Source of the DNA: Hydrogenophaga sp.
GTDB taxonomy: Bacteria > Pseudomonadota > Gammaproteobacteria > Burkholderiales > Burkholderiaceae_C
Length of the DNA stretch: 64,000 nucleotides
Assembly: GCA_016790705.1 (NCBI GenBank)
Contig: JAEUOT010000070.1
Coordinates: 11,036-75,035 of the forward strand
Direction of reading: 5' to 3'
The translations under genes were made by a program, and so were the position numbers. The notes beneath the pieces were generated by a model, which saw only the letters and a program-made list of their open reading frames with translations, was not told the origin of the DNA and searched no databases. Below, piece by piece: positions 29,213 through 41,769 of the stretch; the stretch's first letter is position 1, and each line of letters starts with the position of its first letter.

Positions 29213-29293
29213 GTTTCGCCGCCGGGTCGCCCCAAGGCGAAACGCGCCCCCCTGGGGGGCAGCGACCCGTGCAACGGTGGAGCGTGGGTGTGG
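29213..29293 (+). repeat. REP-like structured repeat, copy C (distant variant)
   Basis: GTTTCGCC...GGCGAAAC stem, CCCCCC-T-GGGGGG hairpin, CCGT-GCA-ACGG hairpin, G-rich end abutting the nodI-like stop. Confidence 0.6.
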
Positions 29294-30229
<936 letters not shown>

Positions 30230-30339
30230 GGCGGCCGATTGTGCCGTGCGCCGGATGGTGGCGGTGGGCGAAAAGGGCCGGAAAATCCGCCAGAAACCGG
30301 CGACCTACAATTCCGGCATCCCGGCCGTCCGGTCGTCTG

Positions 30340-31230
30340 ATGCCGCCTGCGGCGCGTTCCGAAGTGTCTCTCCCCCCCGCCGTTGCCCTGCAATACCTGC
30401 TGCCCAAGACCGCGTTGACCCGGTTTGCCGGATGGTGCGCGCATTCGCGTGCCACCTGGTGGACGCACAACGTGATTCCCTGGTTCATCCGCCGCTACGG
30501 CGTGAACATGGACGAGGCCGCCAATCCCGATCCCAGGGGCTACGCGACCTTCAACGAGTTTTTCACCCGCCCGCTGCGTCCCGGCGTCAGGCCCCTGGCA
30601 CCCGAAGGGTTCGTGTGCCCGGTCGATGGCGCGATCAGCCAGTTCGGCGACATTGAGGGCGACCAGATCTTCCAGGCCAAGGGACACCGCTACAGCACGC
30701 GCGCCCTCGTCGGCGGTGACGCCGGGCTGGCCGCGCAGTTCACCGGCGGCGCCTTCGCCACCATCTACCTCAGCCCCAAGGACTACCACCGCATCCACAT
30801 GCCGAGCGAGGGCCGGCTGCGGCGCATGATTTATGTGCCCGGCGAGCTGTTCTCGGTCAATCCGCTGACGGCCGCCCACGTGCCCGGGCTGTTCGCGCGC
30901 AACGAGCGCGTGGTCTGCGTGTTCGATGTGCCGCATGGCAGCCGTGGCGAAACCCGTCCCTTCGTGCTGGTGCTGGTCGGCGCGACCATCGTCGGCAGCA
31001 TGGCCACGGTCTGGCACGGGGTGGTCAACCCACCGCGCACGCGCGATGTCCGTGAGTGGAGCTACGACGACGACCCCTGCCAGTTGCGGCGGGGCGAAGA
31101 GATGGGCTGCTTCCTGCTCGGCTCGACCGTCGTGATGCTGTGGCCGAAGAACACCATCGATTTCCACCCGCGCTGGGCCGCCGGCCGCCCGGTGCGCATG
31201 GGCGAGGCCATGGGCATCGCCGCTCCCTGA
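30340..31230 (+). CDS. psd: Phosphatidylserine decarboxylase proenzyme
   Basis: [31 protein letters not shown] autocleavage motif (start may be GTG 30364). Confidence 0.95.
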   Translation: MPPAARSEVSLPPAVALQYLLPKTALTRFAGWCAHSRATWWTHNVIPWFIRRYGVNMDEAANPDPRGYATFNEFFTRPLRPGVRPLAPEGFVCPVDGAISQFGDIEGDQIFQAKGHRYSTRALVGGDAGLAAQFTGGAFATIYLSPKDYHRIHMPSEGRLRRMIYVPGELFSVNPLTAAHVPGLFARNERVVCVFDVPHGSRGETRPFVLVLVGATIVGSMATVWHGVVNPPRTRDVREWSYDDDPCQLRRGEEMGCFLLGSTVVMLWPKNTIDFHPRWAAGRPVRMGEAMGIAAP

Positions 31231-31249
31231 CATTCATCCGAGGACTTTC

Positions 31250-32452
31250 ATGACGACGCTTGGCACCCCCCTGTCCCCCAAGGCCACCCGCGTGATGCTG
31301 CTGGGCAGCGGCGAGCTCGGGAAAGAAGTGCTGATCGCGCTGCAGCGCCTGGGCGTGGAAACCATCGCGGTCGACCGCTACGAGAACGCGCCCGGCCAAC
31401 AGGTCGCGCACCACGCGCGCACCATCACCATGAGCGACCCGGCGCAGCTCAAGGCCCTGATCGAGGCCGAGCGCCCGCACCTGGTCGTGCCCGAAATCGA
31501 GGCGATCGCCACGCCCATGCTGGAGCAACTCGAAGCCGCCGGCGCGGTGACTGTGATCCCGACCGCGCGTGCGGCCCGCCTGACCATGGACCGCGAGGGC
31601 ATCCGCCGCCTGGCCGCAGAGACGCTGGGTTTGCCGACCAGTCCTTACAAGTTCTGCGACTCGCTGGCCGAGCTGCAGGCCGCCATCGACGCCGGCATCG
31701 GCTATCCCTGCATCGTCAAACCGGTGATGAGTTCCAGCGGCAAAGGCCAGAGCAAGATCGACGGCCCGGCCGACGTGCAGAAGGCCTGGGACTACGCCAT
31801 GGCCGGCGGCCGCGTGAGCCACGGGCGCGTGATCGTCGAGGGCTTCATCGACTTCGACTACGAGATCACCCAGCTCACCGTGCGCGCCAAGGGCGCGAGC
31901 GGCGAGACGGACACCCACTTCTGCGAGCCCATCGGTCACGTGCAGGTCAGCGGCGATTACGTCGAGAGCTGGCAACCCATGGCGATGAAGCCGGCCGCGA
32001 TCGAGAAGTCGCGCCAGATCGCCAAGGCCGTGACCGACAACCTCGGCGGCCTGGGCCTGTTCGGCGTCGAGCTGTTCGTCAAAGGCGAGCAGGTCTGGTT
32101 CAGCGAAGTCAGCCCGCGTCCGCACGACACCGGACTGGTGACCCTGTGCACCCAGCACCAGAGCGAATTCGAGCTGCACGCCCGCGCCATCCTCGGCCTG
32201 CCGGTGGACACGTCCCTGCGCAACCCGGGCGCCAGCGCCGTGATCTATGGCGGCGTCGAGGCCCAGGGCATCGTGTTCGACGGGGTGGATGAGGCGCTGC
32301 GTGTGCCCGGCACCGACCTGCGCCTGTTCGGCAAGCCCGAGAGCTTCGTCAAGCGCCGCATGGGCGTCGCGCTGGCGCGGGCCAGCGACACCGACACGGC
32401 GCGCGCCAACGCCAAGCTGGCGGCCTCCAAGGTCAAGCCCCGCCAGGCCTGA
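31250..32452 (+). CDS. purT: Formate-dependent phosphoribosylglycinamide formyltransferase
   Basis: [41 protein letters not shown]. Confidence 0.98.
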   Translation: MTTLGTPLSPKATRVMLLGSGELGKEVLIALQRLGVETIAVDRYENAPGQQVAHHARTITMSDPAQLKALIEAERPHLVVPEIEAIATPMLEQLEAAGAVTVIPTARAARLTMDREGIRRLAAETLGLPTSPYKFCDSLAELQAAIDAGIGYPCIVKPVMSSSGKGQSKIDGPADVQKAWDYAMAGGRVSHGRVIVEGFIDFDYEITQLTVRAKGASGETDTHFCEPIGHVQVSGDYVESWQPMAMKPAAIEKSRQIAKAVTDNLGGLGLFGVELFVKGEQVWFSEVSPRPHDTGLVTLCTQHQSEFELHARAILGLPVDTSLRNPGASAVIYGGVEAQGIVFDGVDEALRVPGTDLRLFGKPESFVKRRMGVALARASDTDTARANAKLAASKVKPRQA

Positions 32453-32458
32453 GCGTGT

Positions 32459-33088
32459 TCAGGGGCGCGGCGCCAGCCGCGCCAGCTGGGCGTCGTGCCA
32501 GCGCGCGAGCAGCGGCTGCGCCACCACCGCACCGACAAAGGCCAGCGCCATGTCTTTCTGCGTATCCCAGGGGTCGCCCTGGGTGCCGAGGAAGGCGTCG
32601 GCGCCCGCGCCCATCGCGACCGCCGCACCCCACTCGATCAGCTCATAGAGCGCGCTGATGCCGCCGCAGGCCAGCGCAACGATCACGAACAGCCACTTGC
32701 CCGGCCGCAGCGCGGTCTGGCGCAGCAGCAGTTCGCGCGCCACCATCGCGGGCACGAAGCCCTGCGCGAAGTGGCCGACGCCGTCGTAGGGGTTACGCGC
32801 CAGGCCGAACCAGTCCTGCATCCAGAAACCCAGCGGCACCTTGGCGTAGGTGTAGTGGCCACCCAGCATCAGGATCAGCGCGTGCACGAAGATCAGGCCG
32901 TAGAGCAGGGGCGTGAGCGGAAAGCGCCGCCCGCTCAGCCACAGCAGGGGCAGGGCGACGAAGACCGGCGCGACTTCCATCGCCCAGGTGTCCAGCTCCA
33001 GCGGGTGCCAGGCCGACAGGCCCAGCAGCGCGATCAGTGCGGCGGACCAGAGCGCCAGGCCGCGCGCGTCGAGGGTGTTCGTTTGCAT
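32459..33088 (-). CDS. DUF2238 (YjdF-like) membrane protein
   Basis: GGHYTYAKVPLG, RNPYD, YELIEW, FLGTQGDPWDTQKDM. Confidence 0.88.
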   Translation of the reverse strand: MQTNTLDARGLALWSAALIALLGLSAWHPLELDTWAMEVAPVFVALPLLWLSGRRFPLTPLLYGLIFVHALILMLGGHYTYAKVPLGFWMQDWFGLARNPYDGVGHFAQGFVPAMVARELLLRQTALRPGKWLFVIVALACGGISALYELIEWGAAVAMGAGADAFLGTQGDPWDTQKDMALAFVGAVVAQPLLARWHDAQLARLAPRP

Positions 33089-33113
33089 CGGCCCATGATA
33101 TCGGGCGCTCGGG

Positions 33114-34311
<1,198 letters not shown>

Positions 34312-34322
<11 letters not shown>

Positions 34323-35073
34323 GGGGCGACTCCTGGGCGGCGGCGTGCGCCAGCCCCGCCGGGTGGGGGTTGCGTTCGTCGCTGGCGATCTGGCCGTCGA
34401 CGAAGCGCACGATGCGCCGGGCGTAGGCGGCCATGTCGGGCTCGTGGGTCACCATCAGCACGGTGATGCCCTGCTCGGCGTTGAGGCGCCAGAGCAGTTC
34501 CATGATCTCCTGGCTGCGCTGGGTGTCGAGGTTGCCGGTCGGCTCGTCGGCCAGCAGCACCTGGGGTTCGGTGACGATGGCGCGGGCGATGGCGACACGC
34601 TGCTGCTGGCCTCCTGAGAGCTCCCCGGGGGTGTGGTGTTCCCAGCCCTTGAGGCCGACCTGCTCCAGCGCCGCGCGTGCGGCGGCATGGCGCCGGGCGG
34701 CCGGTTCGCCGCGGTAGACCAGGGGCAGTTCCACGTTTTCCTGTGCCGAGGTGCGGGCCAGCAGATGAAAGCCCTGGAAGACAAAGCCCATGAAGCGCCG
34801 GCGCAGCCGGGCCCGCTCGTCGCGCGAGAGCGATTCGACATGGATGCCGCGGAACAGGTACTGCCCGCTGCTGGGCGTGTCCAGGCAGCCCAGGGTGTTC
34901 ATCGCGGTCGACTTGCCGGAACCGCTGGGCCCCATGATGGCCACGAAGTCGCCCTGGGCGATGTCGAGGTCCACGCCCTTGAGCGCCTGGAAGGCGGTGT
35001 TGCCTTCGCCATAGGTCTTGGTGATGCCGCGCAGCCGGATCAGCGGCTCGGCGGCTGCGACGTCGCCGCTCAT
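34312..35073 (-). CDS. MacB/LolD-like ABC ATP-binding protein
   Basis: GPSGSGKST, LSGGQQQRVAIARA, ADEPTGNLD. Confidence 0.93.
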
Positions 35074-36383
35074 GAGCCGGTGCCTGCGCTGCGTTGCTCG
35101 GTGATGACGGCCATGCCCTCGCTCAGGCCCTCACCGGTGACTTCCGTGTAGCGGCCGTCGCTGATGCCGGTCTTCACCGGCCTGGCCACGGCCTGGCCGT
35201 TCTCCAGCACCCAGATCTGGCGCGGGCCGCCGCTGCGACGGTCGCTGCCGGCGGTCTTGGGGCGGGCGTTGCTCGGCGGGCGCGGCATCATCTTCGAGAG
35301 GATGCCGCCACCCGACGAGGCCGTCGCTGCGGCGCCGTTGGCGCTGGCCGGCGAGAACCGCAGCGCCGTGTTGGGCACCATCAGCACGCCCTTGGCTTCC
35401 TTGGCCACGATGGTCGCCGCCGCCGTCATGCCCGGGCGCAGGCTCAGGTCCTTGTTGTCGACGTTGAGCGTGGTGGTGTAGGTCACGACGTTGTCGGTCT
35501 TGGTCGAGCCGTAGGCCACGCGCTGGATGACGGCGGGGTAGCGTCTGGCCGGAAAGGCGCTGACGGTGAAGCTGGCCTTCTGGTCCACGCGGACGTTGCC
35601 CACGTCCGCCTCGTCGACCGCCACGTCCAGCCTGAGCTGGGTCAGGTCTTCGGCCACGGCGAACAGGGTGACGGCCTGCAAGGAGGCGGCGACCGCGTTG
35701 CCCGGATCGACCGAGCGGGAGAGCACCACGCCGTTGATCGGCGAACGGATCGACGCCTTCGACAGATTGGTCTCATTGGTCGACAGCGCGGCCCGCGCCT
35801 CGTTGACCGAGGCCTGGGCGGCCGCTTCGGCTGCGGTGGCGCGTTCGAGCGCCGCCTTGGCGCTGTCCAGTTCGGTCGCCGAGGGAACCTTGCCGCCCGA
35901 GAGGCGGGCGACTTCCTCGAAGCGCGCCAGCGTGGCGCGCGCCTCGCGGACGGTGGCCGAGGCCTGCGTCTGCTGCGCCTGCGCCGAGGCCAGGCCGGCC
36001 CGCGCCTGGGTCACCTGGTCCTTGAGTTTGGCGGTGTCCAGCTCGACCATCACCTGGCCCGCCTTGACGCGGTCGTTGACATCGACCAGCACCTGCTTGA
36101 CGGTGCCCGAGAGTTCGCTGCCGATGTTGACCGAGCGGGTCGGCTGGAGCGTGCCGTTGGCCGACACGGTGAGGGTGATGTCGCCGCGCTTGAGGGCCTC
36201 GGTGACATAGACCGGCGCCGCCTTGGCGCTTTGCCGGCCCTGCCAGACATAGAGGCCACCGCCGGCGAGCGCCAGCGCGAGCACGGCGACCCAGGTGGTG
36301 GTGCGGCGCCACCAGCGCGGCGGGTGATCGTCACCGAGCAGGCTCTGCACATCGGCGGGAGTGGAGGTGGTTTTCTGCGTCAT
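35070..36383 (-). CDS. MacA-like periplasmic adaptor (MFP)
   Basis: N-terminal TM, IGSELSG, IRSPINGVV, VDEADVG, LRPGMT. Confidence 0.9.
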   Translation of the reverse strand: MTQKTTSTPADVQSLLGDDHPPRWWRRTTTWVAVLALALAGGGLYVWQGRQSAKAAPVYVTEALKRGDITLTVSANGTLQPTRSVNIGSELSGTVKQVLVDVNDRVKAGQVMVELDTAKLKDQVTQARAGLASAQAQQTQASATVREARATLARFEEVARLSGGKVPSATELDSAKAALERATAAEAAAQASVNEARAALSTNETNLSKASIRSPINGVVLSRSVDPGNAVAASLQAVTLFAVAEDLTQLRLDVAVDEADVGNVRVDQKASFTVSAFPARRYPAVIQRVAYGSTKTDNVVTYTTTLNVDNKDLSLRPGMTAAATIVAKEAKGVLMVPNTALRFSPASANGAAATASSGGGILSKMMPRPPSNARPKTAGSDRRSGGPRQIWVLENGQAVARPVKTGISDGRYTEVTGEGLSEGMAVITEQRSAGTGS

Positions 36384-36405
36384 GGTGGAGCGGGAGCGTG
36401 TTCGG

Positions 36406-37857
36406 TCAGCGGGCGGTGGCGTTGTCGGGGGTATCGGGCGTCCACCCGCCCCCCAGGGCCTTGTAGAGCCGCACATGGTCGGTGGCGAGGCTGGCCTGGG
36501 CGGCCGCGACGCTGTCCTGGGCGGACAGCAGGCTGCGCTGCGTGTCCAGCACGGTGCGGAAATCGATCAGGCCGCTCTGGTAGCGCTGGCGGGCCAGCAG
36601 CTCGGCGTTGACGGCAGCCTCGGCCGCAACCTGCAGGCGGGCCAGTCGCTCCTGGTCGCCGCGGATCGCGACCAGGGCGTTCTCGACGTCCTTGAGCGCG
36701 GACAGCACCGTGCTCGCATACGTGGCCCGCGCCTGCTCCAGCGCGGCTTCCTGCGCCTGCACCCGGGCGCGGGCGGCACCCCCGTCCAGCAGCGGGATCG
36801 AGACGCTGGCCAGCAGGGAACGCAGCACCGATGCGCCATCGGTCAGCGTGCCCAGCGTGATCGAGGACAGGCCGAGCGATCCCCCCAGCCGGAAGCTCGG
36901 GTAGCGCGCGGCGTCGGCGGCGGCCACATTGGCCAGCGCGGCGCTGATGCGGTGCTCGGCGGTGCGCACGTCGGGGCGCTGGCGCAGGGTGTCGGCCGGC
37001 AGGGACAGCGCCAGCGTGGCCGGCGCCGTCGGGATCGGTGCCGGTCGGTCGAGCAGCGTGTCCAGGGCGCCCGGCGCCGCACCCGTCAGCACGGCCAGCG
37101 CGTTGCGCGACTGGCCCAGGCTGGTCTGCAGCGCGGGGATCTGGGACTGGGTCTGTGCGTGCGCGGCGACCGCCTGCTCCAGGTCCAGCGACGAGGCCAG
37201 GCCGGCCTGCACGCGCCAGCGCGTGATCTGCAGGGTCTCGGTCTGCGCCGCGAGGTTGCGCTGCGCGATGTCCCGTCGCGATTGCAGTCCGCGCAGCTCG
37301 ATCAGTCCGGCTGCGACCTCGGCGGTCAGCGACACCTGCACATCGGCCAGACCGGTTTGTGCGGCCCGAACGTTGGCATCGCTGGCGTCCAGGGCGGCGC
37401 GGTTGCCGCCGAAGACATCGGGCTCCCAGCTCGCGTCAAAACCCGCCTGGAAGCGGTTGCCGGCGTCGGCATTGCCGTTCTGGCTGCGCTGGGCCGAGAG
37501 CGACCCACCGACGGAGAGGCCATTGCTGGCTTCCTGTACAGCCCGCTGGGCACGGGCCTGGGCCAGGGCGGCCTGGGCACTGCGCAGGCTGGGGTTGGCC
37601 TTCAGGGCCCGGTCGACGAGTTCGGCCAGTGCCGGGTCGTTGAAACGTTGCCACCAGTCGACCGGCGTCGGCATCGCGGCGCTGCCGGTGGTCGCGATCG
37701 ACCAGGCGCCCGGAATCGCGGGGGCGGCGGGGTCCGTCGGGGAGGGGGCGGTGGTGGCGGCGCAGGCGCCCAGCAGCATCGTGGCGGACAGGACGAGCAG
37801 CCGGGCGGCTGGCCGGGACCGTCCGCGGCTTCGGGAAAGGTTCATCGGCTCATTCAT
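36406..37857 (-). CDS. Outer membrane efflux lipoprotein (OMF/TolC family)
   Basis: Lipobox LGAC, WWQRFNDP, SWEPDVFG, RPDVR, LYKALGGGW. Confidence 0.92.
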   Translation of the reverse strand: MNEPMNLSRSRGRSRPAARLLVLSATMLLGACAATTAPSPTDPAAPAIPGAWSIATTGSAAMPTPVDWWQRFNDPALAELVDRALKANPSLRSAQAALAQARAQRAVQEASNGLSVGGSLSAQRSQNGNADAGNRFQAGFDASWEPDVFGGNRAALDASDANVRAAQTGLADVQVSLTAEVAAGLIELRGLQSRRDIAQRNLAAQTETLQITRWRVQAGLASSLDLEQAVAAHAQTQSQIPALQTSLGQSRNALAVLTGAAPGALDTLLDRPAPIPTAPATLALSLPADTLRQRPDVRTAEHRISAALANVAAADAARYPSFRLGGSLGLSSITLGTLTDGASVLRSLLASVSIPLLDGGAARARVQAQEAALEQARATYASTVLSALKDVENALVAIRGDQERLARLQVAAEAAVNAELLARQRYQSGLIDFRTVLDTQRSLLSAQDSVAAAQASLATDHVRLYKALGGGWTPDTPDNATAR

Positions 37858-37968
37858 GGTGTTCTTGCGGCGAACCGGTACGGAGGCTTCATTGTGCGCA
37901 GGCGCCTTCACGCGGACGTGATTGGCGTGTGAAGTTGCGGTAAAGCCGGCGGGCGTCGGCGGAGCCGG

Positions 37969-39477
37969 CTACTGGAACGCCACCTCGGCAAAGCTGCGCA
38001 GCTTGCGGCTGTGCAACTGGTCGACGCCGCCTTCGCGCAACAGTTCCACCGTGCGGATGCCGATGCGCAGGTGCTGGTCCACGCGCTCGCGGTAGAAGTG
38101 GTTGGCCATGCCGGGCAGCTTGATCTCGCCGTGCAGCGGCTTGTCGGAGACGCACAGCAGGGTGCCGTAGGGCACGCGGAAACGGAAGCCGTTGGCCGCG
38201 ATGGTGGCGCTTTCCATGTCCAGCGCGACGGCCCGGCTCTGGCTGAAGCGGCGTTGCGGCGTGCTCGGCGCGTTCTTGGCGGGCAGCAGCTCCCAGTTGC
38301 GGTTGTCGGTGCTGGCCACGGTGCCCGTTCGCATGATGCGCTTGAGCTCCTGCGGCGGCACGCCGGTCACATCGGCCACCGCCTGTTCCAGTGCGACCTG
38401 GATCTCGGCCAGCGCCGGAATCGGCACCCACAGCGGCAGCTCTTCGTCCAGCACATGGTCCTCGCGCACGTAGGCGTGGGCCAGCACGTAGTCGCCCAGT
38501 TGCTGGCCGTTGCGCAGGCCGGCGCAGTGGCCCAGCATCAGCCAGGCGTGCGGGCGCAGCACGGCGATGTGGTCGGTGATGGTCTTGGCGTTCGCGGGGC
38601 CGACGCCGATGTTGACCATAGTGATGCCGGTGCGGTCTTCGCGCAGCAGGTGGTAGGCCGGCATCTGCGGCAGGCGGGGCAGGGCTTTGCCCAGCGCGTC
38701 GATGGCCTCAGGGCTCAGCCCGGTACGGCGCGTGACCAGGTTGCCCGGTTCGACGAAGGCGATGTAGTCGCTGTGCGGGTCGGCCATCTCGGCGTGGCCG
38801 AGCTTGATGAACTCGTCGATGTAGAACTGGTAGTTGGTGAACAGCACGAAGTTCTGGAACCAGTCGGGCGAGGTGCCGGTGTAGTGGCGCAGGCGCTGCA
38901 GCGAGTAGTCGACGCGCGGCGCGGTGAACAGCGACAAGGGCTGCGCCTCGCCGGGACCGGGCTCGTGGGTGCCGTTGGCGATGCCGTCGTCCATCACCGT
39001 CAGGTCGGGCAGGTCGAACACGTCGCGCATCAGGGCACGGCGCTCGGCACTCAGTTCGCCCTCCACGTGCTCGTGCTCGGCGAAGGAGAAGTGGATCGGG
39101 ATCGGCTGCGTGCTGGTGCCCACCTCCAGCTTGCCGTCGTGGTTGGCCAGCAGCAGGCGGAACTGCTCCAGGTAGTAGTCGGCGTAGAGGTCGGGGCGGG
39201 TGAGCGTGGTCTCGAAGCGGCCGGGGCCGGCGACGAAGCCGTAGCTCAGCCGGCTCTGCAACCCGGATTCGAGTCGCGAGACGCTGCGCGAATGCAGCCG
39301 CACGAAGGGGTAGCAGGCGCGGATGCGGGTCTGCCCGGCGTCGGCCCCGGCGACGAAGTCGCGCATGCTGTGGCGAAGGAAGTCGATGCTGTTGCCGTAG
39401 ATGTGCTGCACCTGGGCCAGTGCGGCGGCCGGATCGTCGAACAGCTGGGGGGCAATGAAGGAAGGCGATTTGTGCAT
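37969..39477 (-). CDS. amn: AMP nucleosidase
   Basis: VLFTNYQFY, PQMPAYHL, NIGVGPANAKTITDH, DKPLHGEIKLPG. Confidence 0.97.
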   Translation of the reverse strand: MHKSPSFIAPQLFDDPAAALAQVQHIYGNSIDFLRHSMRDFVAGADAGQTRIRACYPFVRLHSRSVSRLESGLQSRLSYGFVAGPGRFETTLTRPDLYADYYLEQFRLLLANHDGKLEVGTSTQPIPIHFSFAEHEHVEGELSAERRALMRDVFDLPDLTVMDDGIANGTHEPGPGEAQPLSLFTAPRVDYSLQRLRHYTGTSPDWFQNFVLFTNYQFYIDEFIKLGHAEMADPHSDYIAFVEPGNLVTRRTGLSPEAIDALGKALPRLPQMPAYHLLREDRTGITMVNIGVGPANAKTITDHIAVLRPHAWLMLGHCAGLRNGQQLGDYVLAHAYVREDHVLDEELPLWVPIPALAEIQVALEQAVADVTGVPPQELKRIMRTGTVASTDNRNWELLPAKNAPSTPQRRFSQSRAVALDMESATIAANGFRFRVPYGTLLCVSDKPLHGEIKLPGMANHFYRERVDQHLRIGIRTVELLREGGVDQLHSRKLRSFAEVAFQ

Positions 39478-39483
39478 GAAGGT

Positions 39484-40890
39484 TCAGGACTTGACGGGTT
39501 CGCGCATGGTCACGAATTCTTCGGCGGCGGTGGGGTGGATGCCGATGGTGGCGTCGAACACCGCCTTGGTCGCGCCGGCTTTCATCGCAACCGCGAAGCC
39601 CTGGACGATTTCGCCCGCCTCGGCGCCCACCATGTGCAGCCCGACCACGCGGTCGGAGGCGGTGTCGACCACCAGCTTCATCAGCGTGCGTTCGCTGCTG
39701 CCGGAAAGCGTGTGTCTGAGGGCCTTGAACTCGCTGCGGAACACGGTGATGTGGCCGAACCGTTCGCGCGCCTGGGCCTCGGTCAGGCCGACCGTGCCGA
39801 TGCTGGGGTGGGTGAAGACGGCGGTGGGAATGAACTCGTAGCTCATGCTGCGCGGCGCCTTGCCGGCCACGGGCCCGAACAGTTGATCGACCACCACCAT
39901 CGCCTCGCCCAGCGCCACCGGCGTGAGTTGCACCCGGTTGGTCACGTCGCCCACGGCGTACACGTTCGGCACGTTGGTCCGGTAGTGTTCGTCGACCAGC
40001 ACCTCGCCCTGCGCGCCCTGCGCCACGCCCAGCGCGTCCAGGCCGAGGCCTTGCACATTGGGTTTGCGGCCGGTGGCGTAGAGCACCGCGTCGGCCATGA
40101 CGACGTTGCCGTCCTCCAGCTCGGCGCGCAGGCCTTCCTCGGTCTTGCGGATGTCGACGACACCGGCGTTCAGCCGCAGATCCACGCCCGACTTCTGCAT
40201 TTCGCCGGCGACGAAGTGGCGGACCTCGTCGTCGAAGCCGCGCAGCACCTGCTCGCCGCGGTAGAGCTGTGTCACCTTGGCGCCCAGGCCGTTGAAGATG
40301 GAGGCGAACTCGCAGGCGATGTAGCCGCCGCCGGCGACCAGCAGCCGCTGCGGGAAGGGGTCGAGGTCGAACACCTCGTTGGAGGTGATGACGTGCTCGC
40401 GGCCGACGAAGTGCGGCACGAAGGGGGTGCCGCCGGTGGCGATCAGGATGTTGCTCGCGGTGAAGGCCTGGTGGCCGGGCGAGCCGTCGGCATTCAGCGT
40501 GGCGACGGTCACCGCGTTCGGCCCGGCGATGCGTGCAAAGCCGTTGATGACCGAGACGCCGGACCCTCGCAGCAGGTTCGCATAGACGCCGTTGAGGCGG
40601 CTGATCTCCTTGGCGCGGTTGGCCTTGAGCGTGGCCCAGTTCAGTCGGGGGTCGGCGTCCAGCTCCCAGCCAAAGCCGCGCGACTCCTCGAAGGCGTCGT
40701 GGTAGTGGGCGGCGTAGCTGTAGAGCTTCTTGGGGATGCAGCCGACGTTGACGCAGGTGCCGCCCAGGCCTTCGGTGCCCAGCGTTTCGGCCAGCGCAAC
40801 GCGCGCTCCCCGTTGGGCCGCCATGCGGGCGGCGCGCACGCCGCCGCTGCCGCCGCCGATGACGAAGAGATCAAAGTCGTGTGCACTCAT
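39484..40890 (-). CDS. gor: Glutathione-disulfide reductase
   Basis: GGGSGG, GGTCVNVGCIPKK, GGGYIA, IHPTAAEE. Confidence 0.97.
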   Translation of the reverse strand: MSAHDFDLFVIGGGSGGVRAARMAAQRGARVALAETLGTEGLGGTCVNVGCIPKKLYSYAAHYHDAFEESRGFGWELDADPRLNWATLKANRAKEISRLNGVYANLLRGSGVSVINGFARIAGPNAVTVATLNADGSPGHQAFTASNILIATGGTPFVPHFVGREHVITSNEVFDLDPFPQRLLVAGGGYIACEFASIFNGLGAKVTQLYRGEQVLRGFDDEVRHFVAGEMQKSGVDLRLNAGVVDIRKTEEGLRAELEDGNVVMADAVLYATGRKPNVQGLGLDALGVAQGAQGEVLVDEHYRTNVPNVYAVGDVTNRVQLTPVALGEAMVVVDQLFGPVAGKAPRSMSYEFIPTAVFTHPSIGTVGLTEAQARERFGHITVFRSEFKALRHTLSGSSERTLMKLVVDTASDRVVGLHMVGAEAGEIVQGFAVAMKAGATKAVFDATIGIHPTAAEEFVTMREPVKS

Positions 40891-40959
40891 GGCTTCTTGC
40901 AGAACAGGAGAAGCCGGTCAGTGTAGGGGCTGCCGGCGGGCGGCTCGCCCCGTGGGGTT

Positions 40960-41499
40960 TCAGGCCCGGGCACGCACCTCGTCGCGTTCCATCACGCGCC
41001 GGCGGGCCATCTCGCGGCCCATGCCCAGGGTGTCCAGACCCTGCAGCCGTTTCTTGGCCTCGGGGTAGGCGATCGACTCCTCCAGCAGGATGTGGTCGAG
41101 GTAGAGCGCCTCGAACACCTCCAGGGCATGGCGCAGTTCGGCCGGATCGAACCAGAGGTTGCCGCTGGTGGCCGCTTCGAGCGACGGGGCGATCTGGATC
41201 CAGTTCTCTTCCAGCCAGCCGTGGTCCTGGATCAGGTGCTCGGTGGCCTGCACGACCTCGGCGTCCTGGCTGGCCAGCAGGGAAGGGAAGATGTGCTTTT
41301 CCTCGTCGAGGTGGTGCTGGCGCGCCTCGTGATTGAAGTAGTCGACGACGCTGCGTGCCAGCGCGCGGTTGGCCTGGTTCAGGCCGTCCGCCTCGATGGC
41401 GTCGACCAGTGCGTGCAACTGGCGGACCTGCAACTGGATGTCGCGATGGGTGTTGTCGAGAAAGTCGAAGACAGCGATGGAAACCGGCGCAGCGCTCAT
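40960..41499 (-). CDS. Hemerythrin/HHE domain protein
   Basis: H...HHLDEE..FP...DH...HILLEE pattern; GAGGAG RBS. Confidence 0.85.
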   Translation of the reverse strand: MSAAPVSIAVFDFLDNTHRDIQLQVRQLHALVDAIEADGLNQANRALARSVVDYFNHEARQHHLDEEKHIFPSLLASQDAEVVQATEHLIQDHGWLEENWIQIAPSLEAATSGNLWFDPAELRHALEVFEALYLDHILLEESIAYPEAKKRLQGLDTLGMGREMARRRVMERDEVRARA

Positions 41500-41575
41500 G
41501 GTGAACTCCTCAATGACGATGGGGTCATTCTGGAGATGCTGCGCCGCCGCAAATTGATCTTGCTCAAGAAATGAT

Positions 41576-41650
41576 GCCCCCCGCGCCGCCTGCGGCGTCA
41601 CCCCCCAGGGGGCGGCACTGGCGGCCCGGCAAAGCCGGTTCCGCGGTGCC
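41576..41650 (-). repeat. REP-like structured repeat, copy D (inverted relative to copy E)
   Basis: Reverse complement reads GGCACCGCGGAACCGGCTTTGCCGGGCCGCCAGTGCC-G-CCCCCTGGGGGG-TGA-CGCCGCAGGCGGCGCGGGGGGC. Confidence 0.85.
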
Positions 41651-41690
41651 CTGGACCCACTTCCTTTCCTGCGCGCGTGCCTGCTTCGAG

Positions 41691-41768
41691 GATGCGGTGG
41701 AACCGGCTTTGCCGGGCCATTCGCATCGCCCCCTTGGGGGGGTGACGCCGCAGGCGGCGCAGGGGGGC
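41691..41768 (+). repeat. REP-like structured repeat, copy E
   Basis: GATGCGGTGGAACCGGCTTTGCCGGGCCATTCGCATC-G-CCCCCTTGGGGGGG-TGA-CGCCGCAGGCGGCGCAGGGGGGC. Confidence 0.85.
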
Positions 41769-41769
41769 C

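Noticed and set aside
38011-40926. Long antisense ORFs (also 9165-10901, 13783-16203, 45126-47567, 51525-54395)
   Set aside because: Stop-poor shadow frames of real genes in high-GC DNA, with no protein motifs.
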